NCBI RefSeq assembly: GCF_004765795.1
Contig: NZ_SBIV01000003.1
Coordinates: 186,001-250,000 of the forward strand
Length of the DNA: 64,000 nt
Reading direction: 5' to 3'
Source of the DNA: Halorussus marinus
Lineage (GTDB): Archaea; Halobacteriota; Halobacteria; Halobacteriales; Haladaptataceae
Both the position numbers and the translations under genes were made by a program. A model generated the notes under the pieces. That model did not search any database. It worked only from the letters and a program-made list of their open reading frames with translations, and had not been told where the DNA came from. This document shows positions 1 to 10,046 of the stretch, piece by piece (positions within the stretch are counted from its first letter, which is position 1; every line of letters starts with the position of its first letter).

Positions 1-130
1 CGACGGTGTACAAGCGGCCATGACAGCCCGTCCCGCCGCCGCGACCGCTCTCCGGCGGCCGTCCGTACGGTCTCGCGATCGCCCCTGCCGAGCGACCCCA
101 CCGGTCCGATCGGGGACGTACTGCTGACCG

Positions 131-1597
131 ATGGCGGACTCGAAACGCGGGGTTCGGATCGCCTTCCTCGCGCTCCTCGCGCTCTCGGTCGCGGCCGTCG
201 GGTACGGCGTGGCGACGTCGTGGACGGAGACGACCTTCGAGTCGCACCTCTCGGACGACAGCGAGGTGAACCGAACCGCCGCGGTCGCCCCCGAGGCCGA
301 CGCCATTACAGTCATCGCCACCGACTCGAACTCCTGGCGGGGGCAGGCCAGCGACGGCCCGCGAGCGCGGGCCGAACTCGTCGCCCTGAACCCCGACGGG
401 ACGGTTCGATACTACGACGACAGCCACACCCGCTACTGGGACGTCGATCCGGTCCGGGGGACCGAGACGACCGTCGAGTACTCGTACGCCGACCACCGCG
501 ACGCCGAGTCGTGTCCCGCGGCCGACGAGTGGACGCCGAGCGACTACGCCGTCGACGAGCAGACGTGGGACGACTTCTTCGAGGTCCACGGCGAGGTCGG
601 CGCCTGCACGTACAACGGCGTCGAACGCGTCAACCTCACGACCGGCGAGGTCGAGGACGTCTGGGGGCAACTCACCCCCGGCAAGGAGGCCTCGCGGTAC
701 CACGACGTCGACCGGCTCAACGACACCCACCTCGTGATCGCGGACATCTACCTCGACGGGGTGTTCGCCGTGAACGTCTCCTCGGGCGAGATCGCGTGGC
801 GCTGGAACGCCTCGGACGCGTTCGATCCCGAGACCACCGGCGGGCCGTTCCCCGACGACTGGTCGCACATCAACGACGTCGAGGTCCTCGACGACGGCCG
901 GATCATGGTAAGCGGTCGCAACTTCGACCGCGTGGTGTTTCTGACCGCCGACGACCACACTCTCGACGCCGACTGGACGCTCGGAAGCGAGGACGACTAC
1001 GAGGTCATCTACGAGCAACACAACCCCGACTTCATCAACGGCTCGAACGGCGGGCCCGCGATCGTCGTCGCCGACAGCGAGAACAACCGCGCGATCGAGT
1101 ACCGGCGGGCGGGAAATGACTGGACCCGATCGTGGGTGTGGCGCGACGCCCGGATGCAGTGGGTTCGGGACGCCGATCGCCTCCCGAACGGGCACACGCT
1201 CCTCTCGGACTCGAACGGCAACCGCGTGTTCGAGGTCGACGAGACCGGCGAGATCGTCTGGAGCCTCAACGTCGGATTCCCCTACGAGGCCGAGCGACTC
1301 GGCACCGGCGACGAGTCGACCGGCGGGCCGAGCGCTCGCTCGGCCGACGTCGACTCGCGGGCCGGGACGCTCGTCGATCGGTTCTGGATCGCCGCGAAAA
1401 GCGTGATCCCGGGCAAGTACCTGAACGGGCTGATGTACGTCACGCCGGTCTGGATGGGCGTCCCGGAGGTGTTCGCGACCGCGTTCGGCGTCGTCGTCGG
1501 CCTCGTCTGGCTCGGGGTCGAGGCGCGGTGGTTCGTCGGCCGGCGGCGGTCGGCGGCCGCCGGCGGCGCCGGCGACGGCGCGATCGACCACGAGTAG
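131..1597 (+). CDS. Arylsulfotransferase (ASST)-family beta-propeller protein, membrane anchored
   Basis: N- and C-terminal hydrophobic segments; motifs RYHDVDRL, DWSHINDV, EQHNPD and RDADRLPNGHTL typical of haloarchaeal ASST-like proteins. Confidence 0.75.
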   Translation: MADSKRGVRIAFLALLALSVAAVGYGVATSWTETTFESHLSDDSEVNRTAAVAPEADAITVIATDSNSWRGQASDGPRARAELVALNPDGTVRYYDDSHTRYWDVDPVRGTETTVEYSYADHRDAESCPAADEWTPSDYAVDEQTWDDFFEVHGEVGACTYNGVERVNLTTGEVEDVWGQLTPGKEASRYHDVDRLNDTHLVIADIYLDGVFAVNVSSGEIAWRWNASDAFDPETTGGPFPDDWSHINDVEVLDDGRIMVSGRNFDRVVFLTADDHTLDADWTLGSEDDYEVIYEQHNPDFINGSNGGPAIVVADSENNRAIEYRRAGNDWTRSWVWRDARMQWVRDADRLPNGHTLLSDSNGNRVFEVDETGEIVWSLNVGFPYEAERLGTGDESTGGPSARSADVDSRAGTLVDRFWIAAKSVIPGKYLNGLMYVTPVWMGVPEVFATAFGVVVGLVWLGVEARWFVGRRRSAAAGGAGDGAIDHE

Positions 1598-1697
1598 TCC
1601 CCTCGGTCGGTCGACCGTCGTGTGAGGCCGACCCGATCGGCGAACGCCCGACCCGGGGCAAATCCTATCGGGCGGCCGTCCGAACGTCCGACCGACA

Positions 1698-3005
1698 ATG
1701 GCGACGGACGACGAGGCGATCGGCGTCGGCGACCAGTTCCGGCGGTTCCTCGCGCTCGAGTCCGACGTGTTGATCCTGTCGGTGGCGATGTTCGCGTTCA
1801 GCCTCGGCTTTCAGATGACCGGCCGCTACCTCCCCGAGTACATGGCGGTTCTCGGCGCGACGCCGTTCGTGATCGGGCTCTACGGGACGTTCGGCAACGT
1901 CATCAGCGCCGTCTACCCGTACCCGGGCGGCGCCTTCTCGGATCGGGTCGGCTCGCGGTACGCGCTGGCGCTGTTCGGCCTCCTCTCGACGCTCGGGTTC
2001 GCGGTCTGGCTCGCGGCCCCGCTGATCGGGACGGTCGAGGTCGCCGGGCTGGCGGTCGAGCCGTGGCTCTGGATCTTCGTCGGACTGGTGCTGGCACAGG
2101 CCTGGAAGTCGTTCGGGCTCGGCGCGACCTTCGCCATCGTCAAGCAGAGCGTGTCCGAGGACCGACTCGCGCGCGGGTTCGCCGGCACCGAGACGTTCCG
2201 CCGGACCGCGTTCCTGCTCGGCCCGCTTGTGGCGTCCGGGCTGGTGTTCGTCGGCGGCGGCGACCTCCTCCCGGGGTTCTACTACGTGCTCGGTATCGCG
2301 GTCGCGTTCGGCGCGGTCGCGACGACCGTCCAGCACGCCCGCTACGATGCCGGCGAGGACACGTTCGGCGCGGAGTTCGAGGGGCTCGCGCGGGTCGCCC
2401 GCGACCTCAGGGCGCTCCCTGACGAACTCCGCCCGCTGTTGGTCGGGGACACGCTGGTCCGGTTCGCAAACGGGATGGTGTACACGTTCTTCGTGATCGT
2501 CATCACGCGGTTTCTGGAGGTCGACGTCACCCTGTTGGGCTACTACCTGAGCCCCACGGTCTTTTTCGGCGTCCTGCTCGGGGTCGAGATGGTGGTCGCG
2601 CTACTGGTGATGGCGCCCGCGGCCCGGATCGCCGAGACGCTCGGGCTGAAGCCCGTGGTGGCGCTCGGGTTCGCCGTCTACGCGGTGTTCCCGGCGCTTT
2701 TGATCTTCGCGCCCGACAGTCCGCTCGCCGTGGCGCTGTTGTTCGCGTTCTCGGGCCTGCGGTTCGCGGGACTGCCCTCCCACAAGGCGCTCATCGTCGG
2801 CCCGGCCGAGCGCGACACCGGCGGCCGGGTCACCGGCGCGTACTACCTCGTTCGCAACACCCTCGTCGTCCCGAGCGCCGCGCTCGGCGGCGCGCTCTGG
2901 GACTTCGTGAGCCCCGAGGTCGCGTTCACCCTCGCGACCGTCGTCGGCCTCCTCGGGACCGGCTACTTCCTCGCGTACGGCCGGGAGTTCGACGCCTACG
3001 CCTGA
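1698..3005 (+). CDS. MFS transporter
   Basis: About 12 hydrophobic segments; MFS motif A (GGAFSDRVGSR). Confidence 0.9.
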   Translation: MATDDEAIGVGDQFRRFLALESDVLILSVAMFAFSLGFQMTGRYLPEYMAVLGATPFVIGLYGTFGNVISAVYPYPGGAFSDRVGSRYALALFGLLSTLGFAVWLAAPLIGTVEVAGLAVEPWLWIFVGLVLAQAWKSFGLGATFAIVKQSVSEDRLARGFAGTETFRRTAFLLGPLVASGLVFVGGGDLLPGFYYVLGIAVAFGAVATTVQHARYDAGEDTFGAEFEGLARVARDLRALPDELRPLLVGDTLVRFANGMVYTFFVIVITRFLEVDVTLLGYYLSPTVFFGVLLGVEMVVALLVMAPAARIAETLGLKPVVALGFAVYAVFPALLIFAPDSPLAVALLFAFSGLRFAGLPSHKALIVGPAERDTGGRVTGAYYLVRNTLVVPSAALGGALWDFVSPEVAFTLATVVGLLGTGYFLAYGREFDAYA

Positions 3006-3067
3006 GATGCGGTATCTCTCGTCGAGCGCCCCAAACGCATACGACGCCCGACATCCAACGCACGGCC

Positions 3068-4123
3068 ATGACCGATTTCGTCGTCCCGCCCGCGCTCGAC
3101 CGCGGCGACCGGGTCGCGATCGTCTCGCCCGGCTCGGGCGCGGCCGCCGAGTACCCCCACGTCTACGAGCTCGGCCTCGAACGGCTCCGGAACGTCTTCG
3201 ACCTCGCCCCCGTCGAGTACCCGACCGCGACCGCCGACGGCGAGTACCTCTACGACCACCCCGAAGCGCGCGCCCGGGACGTGATGGACGCGTTCGAGGA
3301 TCCCGAGATCGCCGGCGTCGTCACCACCATCGGCGGGTTCGACCAGATCCGGATCCTCGAGCACCTCGACCCCGAGGTGCTCCGGGCGAACCCCACGCGG
3401 TTCTACGGCATCAGCGACAACACCAACCTCGCGCTCTTCCTCTGGAACCTCGGGATCGTCTCGTTTTACGGCGGGACGGTGCTGACCGACCTCGCGATGC
3501 AGGGGTCGATGCACGACCACACCGTCGAGTACCTCGAACGCGCGTTCTTCGCCGACGAGATCGGCGAGCTCCGGCCCGCAGATCGGTTCACCGACGAGGA
3601 CCTCGACTGGGCCGACCCCGCGAATCTCGACGAGCGCCGGGAGATGGAGCCCGCGCCCGGCTGGCGGTTCCGCGGCCCCGAGCGGCCCGTCGCGGGCCGG
3701 ACGTGGGGCGGGTGTCTCTCGATCGTCGACCAGCAACTCCGGACCGACCGCTACCTCCCCGCGCCCGAGGACCTCGACGGGCGGATCCTACTGCTGGAGA
3801 CCTCCGAGGAGTTGCCGTCCGCGATGCGCGTCCGCCAAGTCCTGCTCGGGATGGGCGAGCGCGGCCTGCTCGACCGCTTCGACGGCGTCCTCGTCGGCCG
3901 GGCGAAGGCCCGCAACCCCTTCGAGGACCCCGGTCCCGAGGCCCGGACGGCGTACCGCGAGGACCAGCGCGATGCGATCGCGGACGTCCTCGCCGAGTAC
4001 AACCCCGAGGCGCCGGTCGTCTTCGACGTGGAGTTCGGCCACACCGCGCCCGCCGTGCCGGTGCCGGTCGGCGGCCGCGCCGAGATCGATCCGGCGGCCG
4101 GCCGCATCGCGTTCGAGCGATAG
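3068..4123 (+). CDS. Peptidase S66 (LD-carboxypeptidase / MccF-like)
   Basis: LxxGDRVAIVSPGS start; GISDNT (catalytic Ser), LLETS (Glu), FGHT (His). Confidence 0.9.
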   Translation: MTDFVVPPALDRGDRVAIVSPGSGAAAEYPHVYELGLERLRNVFDLAPVEYPTATADGEYLYDHPEARARDVMDAFEDPEIAGVVTTIGGFDQIRILEHLDPEVLRANPTRFYGISDNTNLALFLWNLGIVSFYGGTVLTDLAMQGSMHDHTVEYLERAFFADEIGELRPADRFTDEDLDWADPANLDERREMEPAPGWRFRGPERPVAGRTWGGCLSIVDQQLRTDRYLPAPEDLDGRILLLETSEELPSAMRVRQVLLGMGERGLLDRFDGVLVGRAKARNPFEDPGPEARTAYREDQRDAIADVLAEYNPEAPVVFDVEFGHTAPAVPVPVGGRAEIDPAAGRIAFER

Positions 4124-4180
4124 CCCCGGCCGGGTCGATGGCGCGGCATTGAAACTCCCCGACCGTCTCGTGGCACACGC

Positions 4181-4738
4181 ATGCCCGACTCCACCTCCGA
4201 CGACGCGTTCTCGGCGCGCGAGGGCTTTCGGCCGTTCCGCGACCGCGGCCGGCGCTCGCAGGTCGCGGTCGTCGCCGGCGGGGTTCTGGTCTGGGCGGCG
4301 GCCTACGCGCTCGTCGTGACGGCGCTGGGCGACGGACTCGCGACCGCCGAGGCCACCGAGGCGGTCCGCGCGCGCCGGACCGCGGCCGCCGGGGCGGGCG
4401 CGGCGACCGGACTGTACTTCGGCGCCCTCTGGACGCGCGCCCACGGCGGGCCGTTGCTCACGCCGCTGTACCTCCTCGCGGTCCAGTTTCTCGTCCCGGC
4501 GCGGGCCTACTCGCTGGGGGCGGCGCCGCCCGAGAGTCTGGTCTCGACCGCCGACTCCGCGCTCGTGCTCGTGTTCGCCGACCCGCAGTGGATCCTCGAT
4601 CGGGCGGTCACGGTGGCGCCCGGGCCGGTCGTCTTCGCGGTGGTGCTCGCGGTCTGGGCCCAGTCGCTGGGTCCGGGCGAGGAGGCGTCGTTCGTCGAGC
4701 GCCGCTTCCCCGAGTCGTGGCGCCGGCTCCGGGAGTAG
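4181..4738 (+). CDS. Hypothetical membrane protein
   Basis: ATG ORF filling the gap between genes; about 4 hydrophobic segments. Confidence 0.65.
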   Translation: MPDSTSDDAFSAREGFRPFRDRGRRSQVAVVAGGVLVWAAAYALVVTALGDGLATAEATEAVRARRTAAAGAGAATGLYFGALWTRAHGGPLLTPLYLLAVQFLVPARAYSLGAAPPESLVSTADSALVLVFADPQWILDRAVTVAPGPVVFAVVLAVWAQSLGPGEEASFVERRFPESWRRLRE

Positions 4739-4818
4739 CTGATCGGGGCGAGTCCCGGCGACCGTCCGACTCCGCCGAGACTAAGACTGCTCGGCCCCCA
4801 GTTTCGAACGTCTCTCCC

Positions 4819-6015
4819 GTGAGTGCTATCAGACGCGATCGGCGGACGCTCGCGGCGGTGGTGTTCGCCGTCCTGCTGGCGCAGGTGTTGCTGTACCCCG
4901 GCGTCCCCGACCTCGTGGCCGCGGTCGGCGCGACCACGACCCTCGACGCGAGCATGTGGTTTCTCGCGGCGGAGTTCGCGGCGTTCGTCGCGTTCGCGGG
5001 GGTCTGGGGCGCGGCCAGCGACGGCGTCGGCCGGCGAGCGCCGCTGGTGGTCGCGGGCGCGCTCGGGGGCGCGGTCGGGTACGTCGCGCTCGCGGCGCTC
5101 CCGAGCGCGCTCTCGCTGTCGTTTCCCGCGGTGCTCGGGCTCCGAGTCCTGCAGGGGGCGACCACCATCGGCGCGTTCTCGCTGGCGATGACGATGCTGA
5201 TGGACTTAGACGGCGGTCACGGCCGGAACATGGGCGCGGCGGGCATCGCCATCGGTCTCGGGACCGCGATCGGCGCGCCGCTCGGCGGCCAGCTCTACGG
5301 CCTCGGGCCGCTGGTCCCGCTGTACGTCGCCGCCGGCCTGCTCGTCTGTGCGGGGGCGCTCGCTCTCGGGCTCCCCGACCGCGCGCCCGGCGACGGCCGC
5401 GAGGGCCGCGTTCGGCGGGCGATCGCGACCCTCCGGGCGCGACCGGCCCTCGGGGTCCCGTACTGCTTCGGGTTCATCGACCGGTTCACCGCGGGCTTCT
5501 TCGCGCTCGTCGGCACGGTGTACTTCCGGGAGGCGTTCGGCCTCGACGCCGCCGCCACCGGCGTGATGCTCGGGCTGTTTTTCGCGCCGTTCGCGTTGCT
5601 TCAGTACCCGTTCGGCGTGCTCTCGGATCGGGTGGGCCGGACGGCGCCCATCGTCGCGGGGTCGGCGGTGTACGGGCTCGCGGTGGTCGGCGTCGGCCTC
5701 GCGCCGACCGTCCCGACCGCGGGCGCGGGCATGGTCGCGGTCGGCGTCATCGGCGCGCTGATGGCGCCCGCGACGATGGCGCTGGTCTCGGACCTCTCGC
5801 CGGCCGACGGCCGCGGGACCGCGATGGCGGGGTTCAACGTCTTCGGGAGTCTGGGCTTTCTGGCGGGCATCGTGGTCGGCGGGACGGTCGCCGACGAGTT
5901 CGGGTTCTTCGCGGCGTTCCTCGCGGCGGGGGCGCTCGAAACCGCCGTCGCGCTCGTGTCGATCCCGGCGTTCCTCCGGCTCGACGCCGACGGCGACCGG
6001 GCCGCGTTCGGGTAG
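4819..6015 (+). CDS. MFS transporter
   Basis: GAASDGVGRR and GVLSDRVGR motif A copies; start trimmed to GTG 4819 to avoid overlap with the upstream gene. Confidence 0.85.
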   Translation: MSAIRRDRRTLAAVVFAVLLAQVLLYPGVPDLVAAVGATTTLDASMWFLAAEFAAFVAFAGVWGAASDGVGRRAPLVVAGALGGAVGYVALAALPSALSLSFPAVLGLRVLQGATTIGAFSLAMTMLMDLDGGHGRNMGAAGIAIGLGTAIGAPLGGQLYGLGPLVPLYVAAGLLVCAGALALGLPDRAPGDGREGRVRRAIATLRARPALGVPYCFGFIDRFTAGFFALVGTVYFREAFGLDAAATGVMLGLFFAPFALLQYPFGVLSDRVGRTAPIVAGSAVYGLAVVGVGLAPTVPTAGAGMVAVGVIGALMAPATMALVSDLSPADGRGTAMAGFNVFGSLGFLAGIVVGGTVADEFGFFAAFLAAGALETAVALVSIPAFLRLDADGDRAAFG

Positions 6016-6029
6016 CCGGGCGTCGCCGG

Positions 6030-6857
6030 TCACCCGAGCGCGATGTCGAGATAGAGCATCACGATCGTGCCGAAGATCGTCCCGAGCGTCGCGACCCGCT
6101 CGTTGCCCCCCGCGTGGGTCTCGGGCACGATCTCGTCGCTGATGACAAACAGCATCGCGCCCGCCGCGAATCCCATCGCGTAGGGCAACAGCACCGAGAC
6201 GGTCCCGACGGCGTACGCGCCGAGCACGGCCAGCGGGACCTCGACGACCCCCGACCGGAGCCCGGTGAACGCGGCGTAGAACCGCCGGTTCAGCCCGGCG
6301 TTGACCGCGGCCACCGACACCGCGAACCCCTCGGGGATGTTCTGGATGCCGATCGCGAGCATCAGCGGGACGGCGGTGCCGAGGTCGCCGCTCCCGAACC
6401 CAACGCCGACCGCCAACCCCTCGGGCATGTTGTGGAGCGTGATCGCGAGTACGAACAGCACGACGCCCGCGACCCGCTCGTCGTCGACCGGGAGGTCCTC
6501 GCTCGGACTCGCGGCGTCGGTCCGGCGTCCCCCCGACAGCAGGTAGTGGGCGTGGGGGACGAGCGCGTCCGACCGGTCCAGAAACAGCGCCCCGAGCGCG
6601 ACGCCGGCGAGGACGGGGATCGGGTTCCCGTTCGAGTAGGTCTCGATGCCGGGGATGATGAGGCTCGTGAAGCTCGCGGCGAGCATTACGCCCGCCGCGA
6701 ACCCGAGCGCGCCGTCCATCGACCGTTGTGAGGGGTTCCGCCAGACGAAGATCAGCGACGCCCCCAAGAGGTTGAGTCCCGCGATGACGAGCCCGCCGAC
6801 GAGCCCGTTGAGTACCGGATCCGCGCCGAACAGCCGGCCGAGCTGTTCGACTACCAC
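6030..6857 (-). CDS. zupT: ZIP-family (ZupT/GufA) metal transporter
   Basis: ITLHNMPEGLAVG, IQNIPEG and DEIVPETH motifs; GTG start 6857 is uncertain. Confidence 0.88.
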   Translation of the reverse strand: MVVEQLGRLFGADPVLNGLVGGLVIAGLNLLGASLIFVWRNPSQRSMDGALGFAAGVMLAASFTSLIIPGIETYSNGNPIPVLAGVALGALFLDRSDALVPHAHYLLSGGRRTDAASPSEDLPVDDERVAGVVLFVLAITLHNMPEGLAVGVGFGSGDLGTAVPLMLAIGIQNIPEGFAVSVAAVNAGLNRRFYAAFTGLRSGVVEVPLAVLGAYAVGTVSVLLPYAMGFAAGAMLFVISDEIVPETHAGGNERVATLGTIFGTIVMLYLDIALG

Positions 6858-6980
6858 CCGTGCCACCCGCGTCGGTTCGATCTCATCGGTGTCCGACCGC
6901 AACGATACGTCCCGGGGCCTTGAAAGTTCAGTCCGTCCGGCGTCGCCGACCCGCCTCGCGCCGGGGCGACCGCTCGGGGG

Positions 6981-7997
6981 TCAGTCCGAGGGTGCCTCTG
7001 CGCTCTCGCCGTCGATGGCGCCGAGTTCCGGGGTCGTCTCCTCGCCGAGCGCGGTCTGGAGCCTGCCGAGCGCGACGGCCACGACGTAGATCGCGACCGC
7101 CACCAGTACGATGACCGGGCCGCCGGTCGCCCCGCCGTAATAGGCGGCACCGATCCCGATCAGCACCGCCAGTTCGGCGAGCGCGACCGAGACGAAGATC
7201 GACTCGGTGAAGCTCCGCGAGAGCTGGGTCGCCCCCGCGACCGGGACGACAAGCATCGCGGCGACGAGGATCACGCCCATGATCTGCATCGCGCCGACCA
7301 CCACCAGCGCGGTCAGCATCACCATGACGCGGTTGTACCACTCGACCGAGATGCCAGAGACCGCCGCCGCCGTCTCGTCGAAGGTCACGTACAGCAGTTG
7401 GTTGCGCGTCACCGCGACCGTCGCGACGATGACGACGAACAGCGCGAGCAGGACCACGGCGTCCGACGGCGACACCGTCGAGAGGTTCCCGAACAGGTAC
7501 TGATTGACCCCGACCGCGAGCCCGCCGGCGTTGATGCTGATGAGCGTCGAGCCGAGCGCGAACCCCGTCGAGAGGACGATCGCCATCGAGACGTCGTTGT
7601 ACGCGTCGGTCGCTTCCGAGATGAGTTCGATGAGCAGCGCCGCGACCACCGCGACCACCACCGCGGTGAGGTACGGCGACACGCCGAAGTCGAACGCGGC
7701 GTTGAGAAAGAGCCCGATCGCGACCCCCGCGAACGCGGTGTGAGCGAGCGCGTCGCCGATCAGCGCCAGCTGGCGGTGGACCAGAAAAGTCCCGATCAGC
7801 GGGGCCATCACGCCGATGCACAGCCCCATCAGGATCGCCCGGTGCATGAACCGGTAGGTCGGGTCGAGCAGCTCCAGTCCGGTGAGGTAATACAGCTGGG
7901 TCAGGAGTCCGTACCAGAGTTCGAGGAGCCAGTAGGCCGGCGCGACCGCGGCGTCGACGAGTCCCGACTGGAGCGGGACCGCGAGCGTCTCGATCAT
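6981..7997 (-). CDS. znuB: Zn/Mn ABC transporter permease
   Basis: IGDALAHTAFAG, YLFGNL and GVILVAAMLVVP motifs of the ABC-3 family. Confidence 0.9.
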   Translation of the reverse strand: MIETLAVPLQSGLVDAAVAPAYWLLELWYGLLTQLYYLTGLELLDPTYRFMHRAILMGLCIGVMAPLIGTFLVHRQLALIGDALAHTAFAGVAIGLFLNAAFDFGVSPYLTAVVVAVVAALLIELISEATDAYNDVSMAIVLSTGFALGSTLISINAGGLAVGVNQYLFGNLSTVSPSDAVVLLALFVVIVATVAVTRNQLLYVTFDETAAAVSGISVEWYNRVMVMLTALVVVGAMQIMGVILVAAMLVVPVAGATQLSRSFTESIFVSVALAELAVLIGIGAAYYGGATGGPVIVLVAVAIYVVAVALGRLQTALGEETTPELGAIDGESAEAPSD

Positions 7998-8776
7998 CGG
8001 CGCTCACCCACGAGCGCCGCCGCCGTGCCGAACGCCCGAGCGAGCGCGTCGCTCTCGACGAACGCCACGGTCGGCCCGTCGAAGTACACCTCGCGGTTGA
8101 GACAGACCACGCGCTCGGCGTGGTCGGTGACCGCGGTCAGGTCGTGTTCGATGAGCACCACCGTGATGCCGTCGTCGTTGAGCGCCGCGAGCAGGTCGTA
8201 GAACGCCTCGACGGACTCGGCGTCGACGCCGACGGTCGGCTCGTCGAGCACGAGGAGGTCGGCCTCGCCCGCCAGCGCCCGCGCGATGAACGCCCGCTGG
8301 CGCTGGCCCCCCGACAGCCGGGTCACCCGCCGGTCGGCGAACGCCGCCATGCCCACCGTCGCGAGCGCGTCGTCGACGATCTCCCAGTCGCGCTTCGAGA
8401 GCCGACCGAACCCGACGTGCGGGAATCGTCCCATCTTCACGACCTCCCGGACGGTGATCGGCATCTCGTCGGACGCGCCGGCTCGCTGGGCGACGTAGCC
8501 GACCCGCTCGCCCGCGTCGAACCGGTGGGCTGGCTCGCCGAACAGCCGAGCGTCGCCCTCGTCTGGCCGGACCAGCCCGAGCGCGAGCTTCAGGAGCGTC
8601 GACTTCCCCGAGCCGTTCGGTCCGACGACCGCGACGTACTCGCCGGGGTCGATCCGGATCGAGACGTCTTCGACGACCGGCGTCGCGGTGTAGCCGAACG
8701 CGACGTCGGCGAGCTCGACGATCGGCTCGGCGGCCTCGGTTTCGACGCCCGCCCCGGAATGGGTCGGAGCGCTCAT
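7994..8776 (-). CDS. znuC: Zn/Mn ABC transporter ATP-binding subunit
   Basis: GPNGSGKST, LSGGQRQR, LDEP; ATG 8776 overlaps the znuA stop (ATGA). Confidence 0.9.
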   Translation of the reverse strand: MSAPTHSGAGVETEAAEPIVELADVAFGYTATPVVEDVSIRIDPGEYVAVVGPNGSGKSTLLKLALGLVRPDEGDARLFGEPAHRFDAGERVGYVAQRAGASDEMPITVREVVKMGRFPHVGFGRLSKRDWEIVDDALATVGMAAFADRRVTRLSGGQRQRAFIARALAGEADLLVLDEPTVGVDAESVEAFYDLLAALNDDGITVVLIEHDLTAVTDHAERVVCLNREVYFDGPTVAFVESDALARAFGTAAALVGERR

Positions 8777-9846
8777 TCGAAGTTCCTCCACTCCGCGGCC
8801 CACCCGTCCGGACCGGCCGTCTCGGGCGACTCGTTCCCGAGCGCGACCTCGAAGGTGGGCATGTTGACGTTGTCGGCGATCTCCTCGTAGCCCCACGCCT
8901 GTTCGACCCACTCCTCGCGGACGCCCGCGTACGGCGTGACCGGGAAGTACGCCTCGACGGCGGTCTCCCGGACGAGCTGTTTCGCCGGGCGCCGGGTCTC
9001 GAACACCGCGGCGCCGATGTACTCGATGTCGTTGTCGTCGATGACCGCCTTCGCCTCGGCGACGTCCGAGGGCTTGACGTCGCCGCTCGCCGCGAGGTTG
9101 ACCACCAGCGGTCGCATCCGGACGCCGTACCGGGCGCCGACGTACTGAAAGGCGTTGTGGGCGGCCAACTGGACAACGTCGCGGTCGGCGGCGTCGAAGA
9201 TCGCGCGGTAGTCCCGGTCGATCCGATCGAGGACGTCGGTCTTGTACGCCTCGGCGTTCCCGCGAAGCGTCGACTCGTGGCCGGGCGCGAGGTCGACGAA
9301 CCCCTCGGCGATGTTGTCGACCGACTGCTTCGCACGCCGGGGGTCGAGCCAGAAGTGGGGGTCCTTTCCGCGGTTCTCGCCGATCCCCTCTTCCTCGGGA
9401 TCGAGGCTGGCCGCGAGATCGACCAGTTCGACGCCTTCCCGGACGTTGATCAGCGTCGTGTCGACGCCGTCGCCTTCCAGCGTCTCGATCGCGCGGTCGG
9501 CCCACGGCTGGAAGTCGGGCCCGACGTGGACGAAGGCGTCTGCGTCGATGATGTCTTGGGTGATTCGGGCGTTTGGCTCCCAGCCGTGGCCGTGGAGCCC
9601 CTCCGGGACCAGGTTCCGGACGGCGATCGGGGTGTCGCGTGCGATCTTCCGGGCGAAGTCGTAGAAGCTGAAAAACGAGACGACCGCGACGGGACCGTCC
9701 GAACCGGCCGCGGTCGTCGTGGGTCGGTCGGCGCTCGCGCCGCTGAGACAGCCTGCGAGGCCGGCGCCGACGAGGCCGGCGCCCGCCGAAAGCGCTCGGC
9801 GGCGCGAGAGGTCGCGAGCCGTCTCCGGCCCGTCGATGTCGTTCAT
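8773..9846 (-). CDS. znuA: Zn/Mn ABC substrate-binding Tat lipoprotein
   Basis: SRRRAL Tat motif, LAGC lipobox, HGWEP, DPHFW and AHNAF metal-binding motifs. Confidence 0.9.
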   Translation of the reverse strand: MNDIDGPETARDLSRRRALSAGAGLVGAGLAGCLSGASADRPTTTAAGSDGPVAVVSFFSFYDFARKIARDTPIAVRNLVPEGLHGHGWEPNARITQDIIDADAFVHVGPDFQPWADRAIETLEGDGVDTTLINVREGVELVDLAASLDPEEEGIGENRGKDPHFWLDPRRAKQSVDNIAEGFVDLAPGHESTLRGNAEAYKTDVLDRIDRDYRAIFDAADRDVVQLAAHNAFQYVGARYGVRMRPLVVNLAASGDVKPSDVAEAKAVIDDNDIEYIGAAVFETRRPAKQLVRETAVEAYFPVTPYAGVREEWVEQAWGYEEIADNVNMPTFEVALGNESPETAGPDGWAAEWRNFE

Positions 9847-9899
9847 GGCTACCGAACCGGACCACGCCAAACAAAATAATACCTTCGGTCTAATGTAGG

Positions 9900-9917
9900 A
9901 TTTAGACTAGTCTAATT
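9900..9917. promoter_or_regulatory. Candidate DtxR-family metal repressor operator upstream of znuA
   Basis: Perfect 14-bp palindrome TTAGACTAGTCTAA (9902-9915), an extra half-site GTCTAA at 9888-9893, and an AT-rich TATA-like tract about 30 bp upstream of the znuA ATG. Confidence 0.7.
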
Positions 9918-10046
9918 TTTCGAAGCCGGGGCACCGGCGGCTGTCGGGCGTCGATCCGCGGCCGGCCTCGGGGCGGGGCCGGCCGGCGCGGCCGCGTCGC
10001 TACCGAGCGAGCGATCGGTCGAGAAACAGCGCCGATCCCGAGAACG

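Noticed and set aside
20..127. 35-codon ORF upstream of the ASST-like gene
   Set aside because: No supporting motif or composition, and it sits at the window edge
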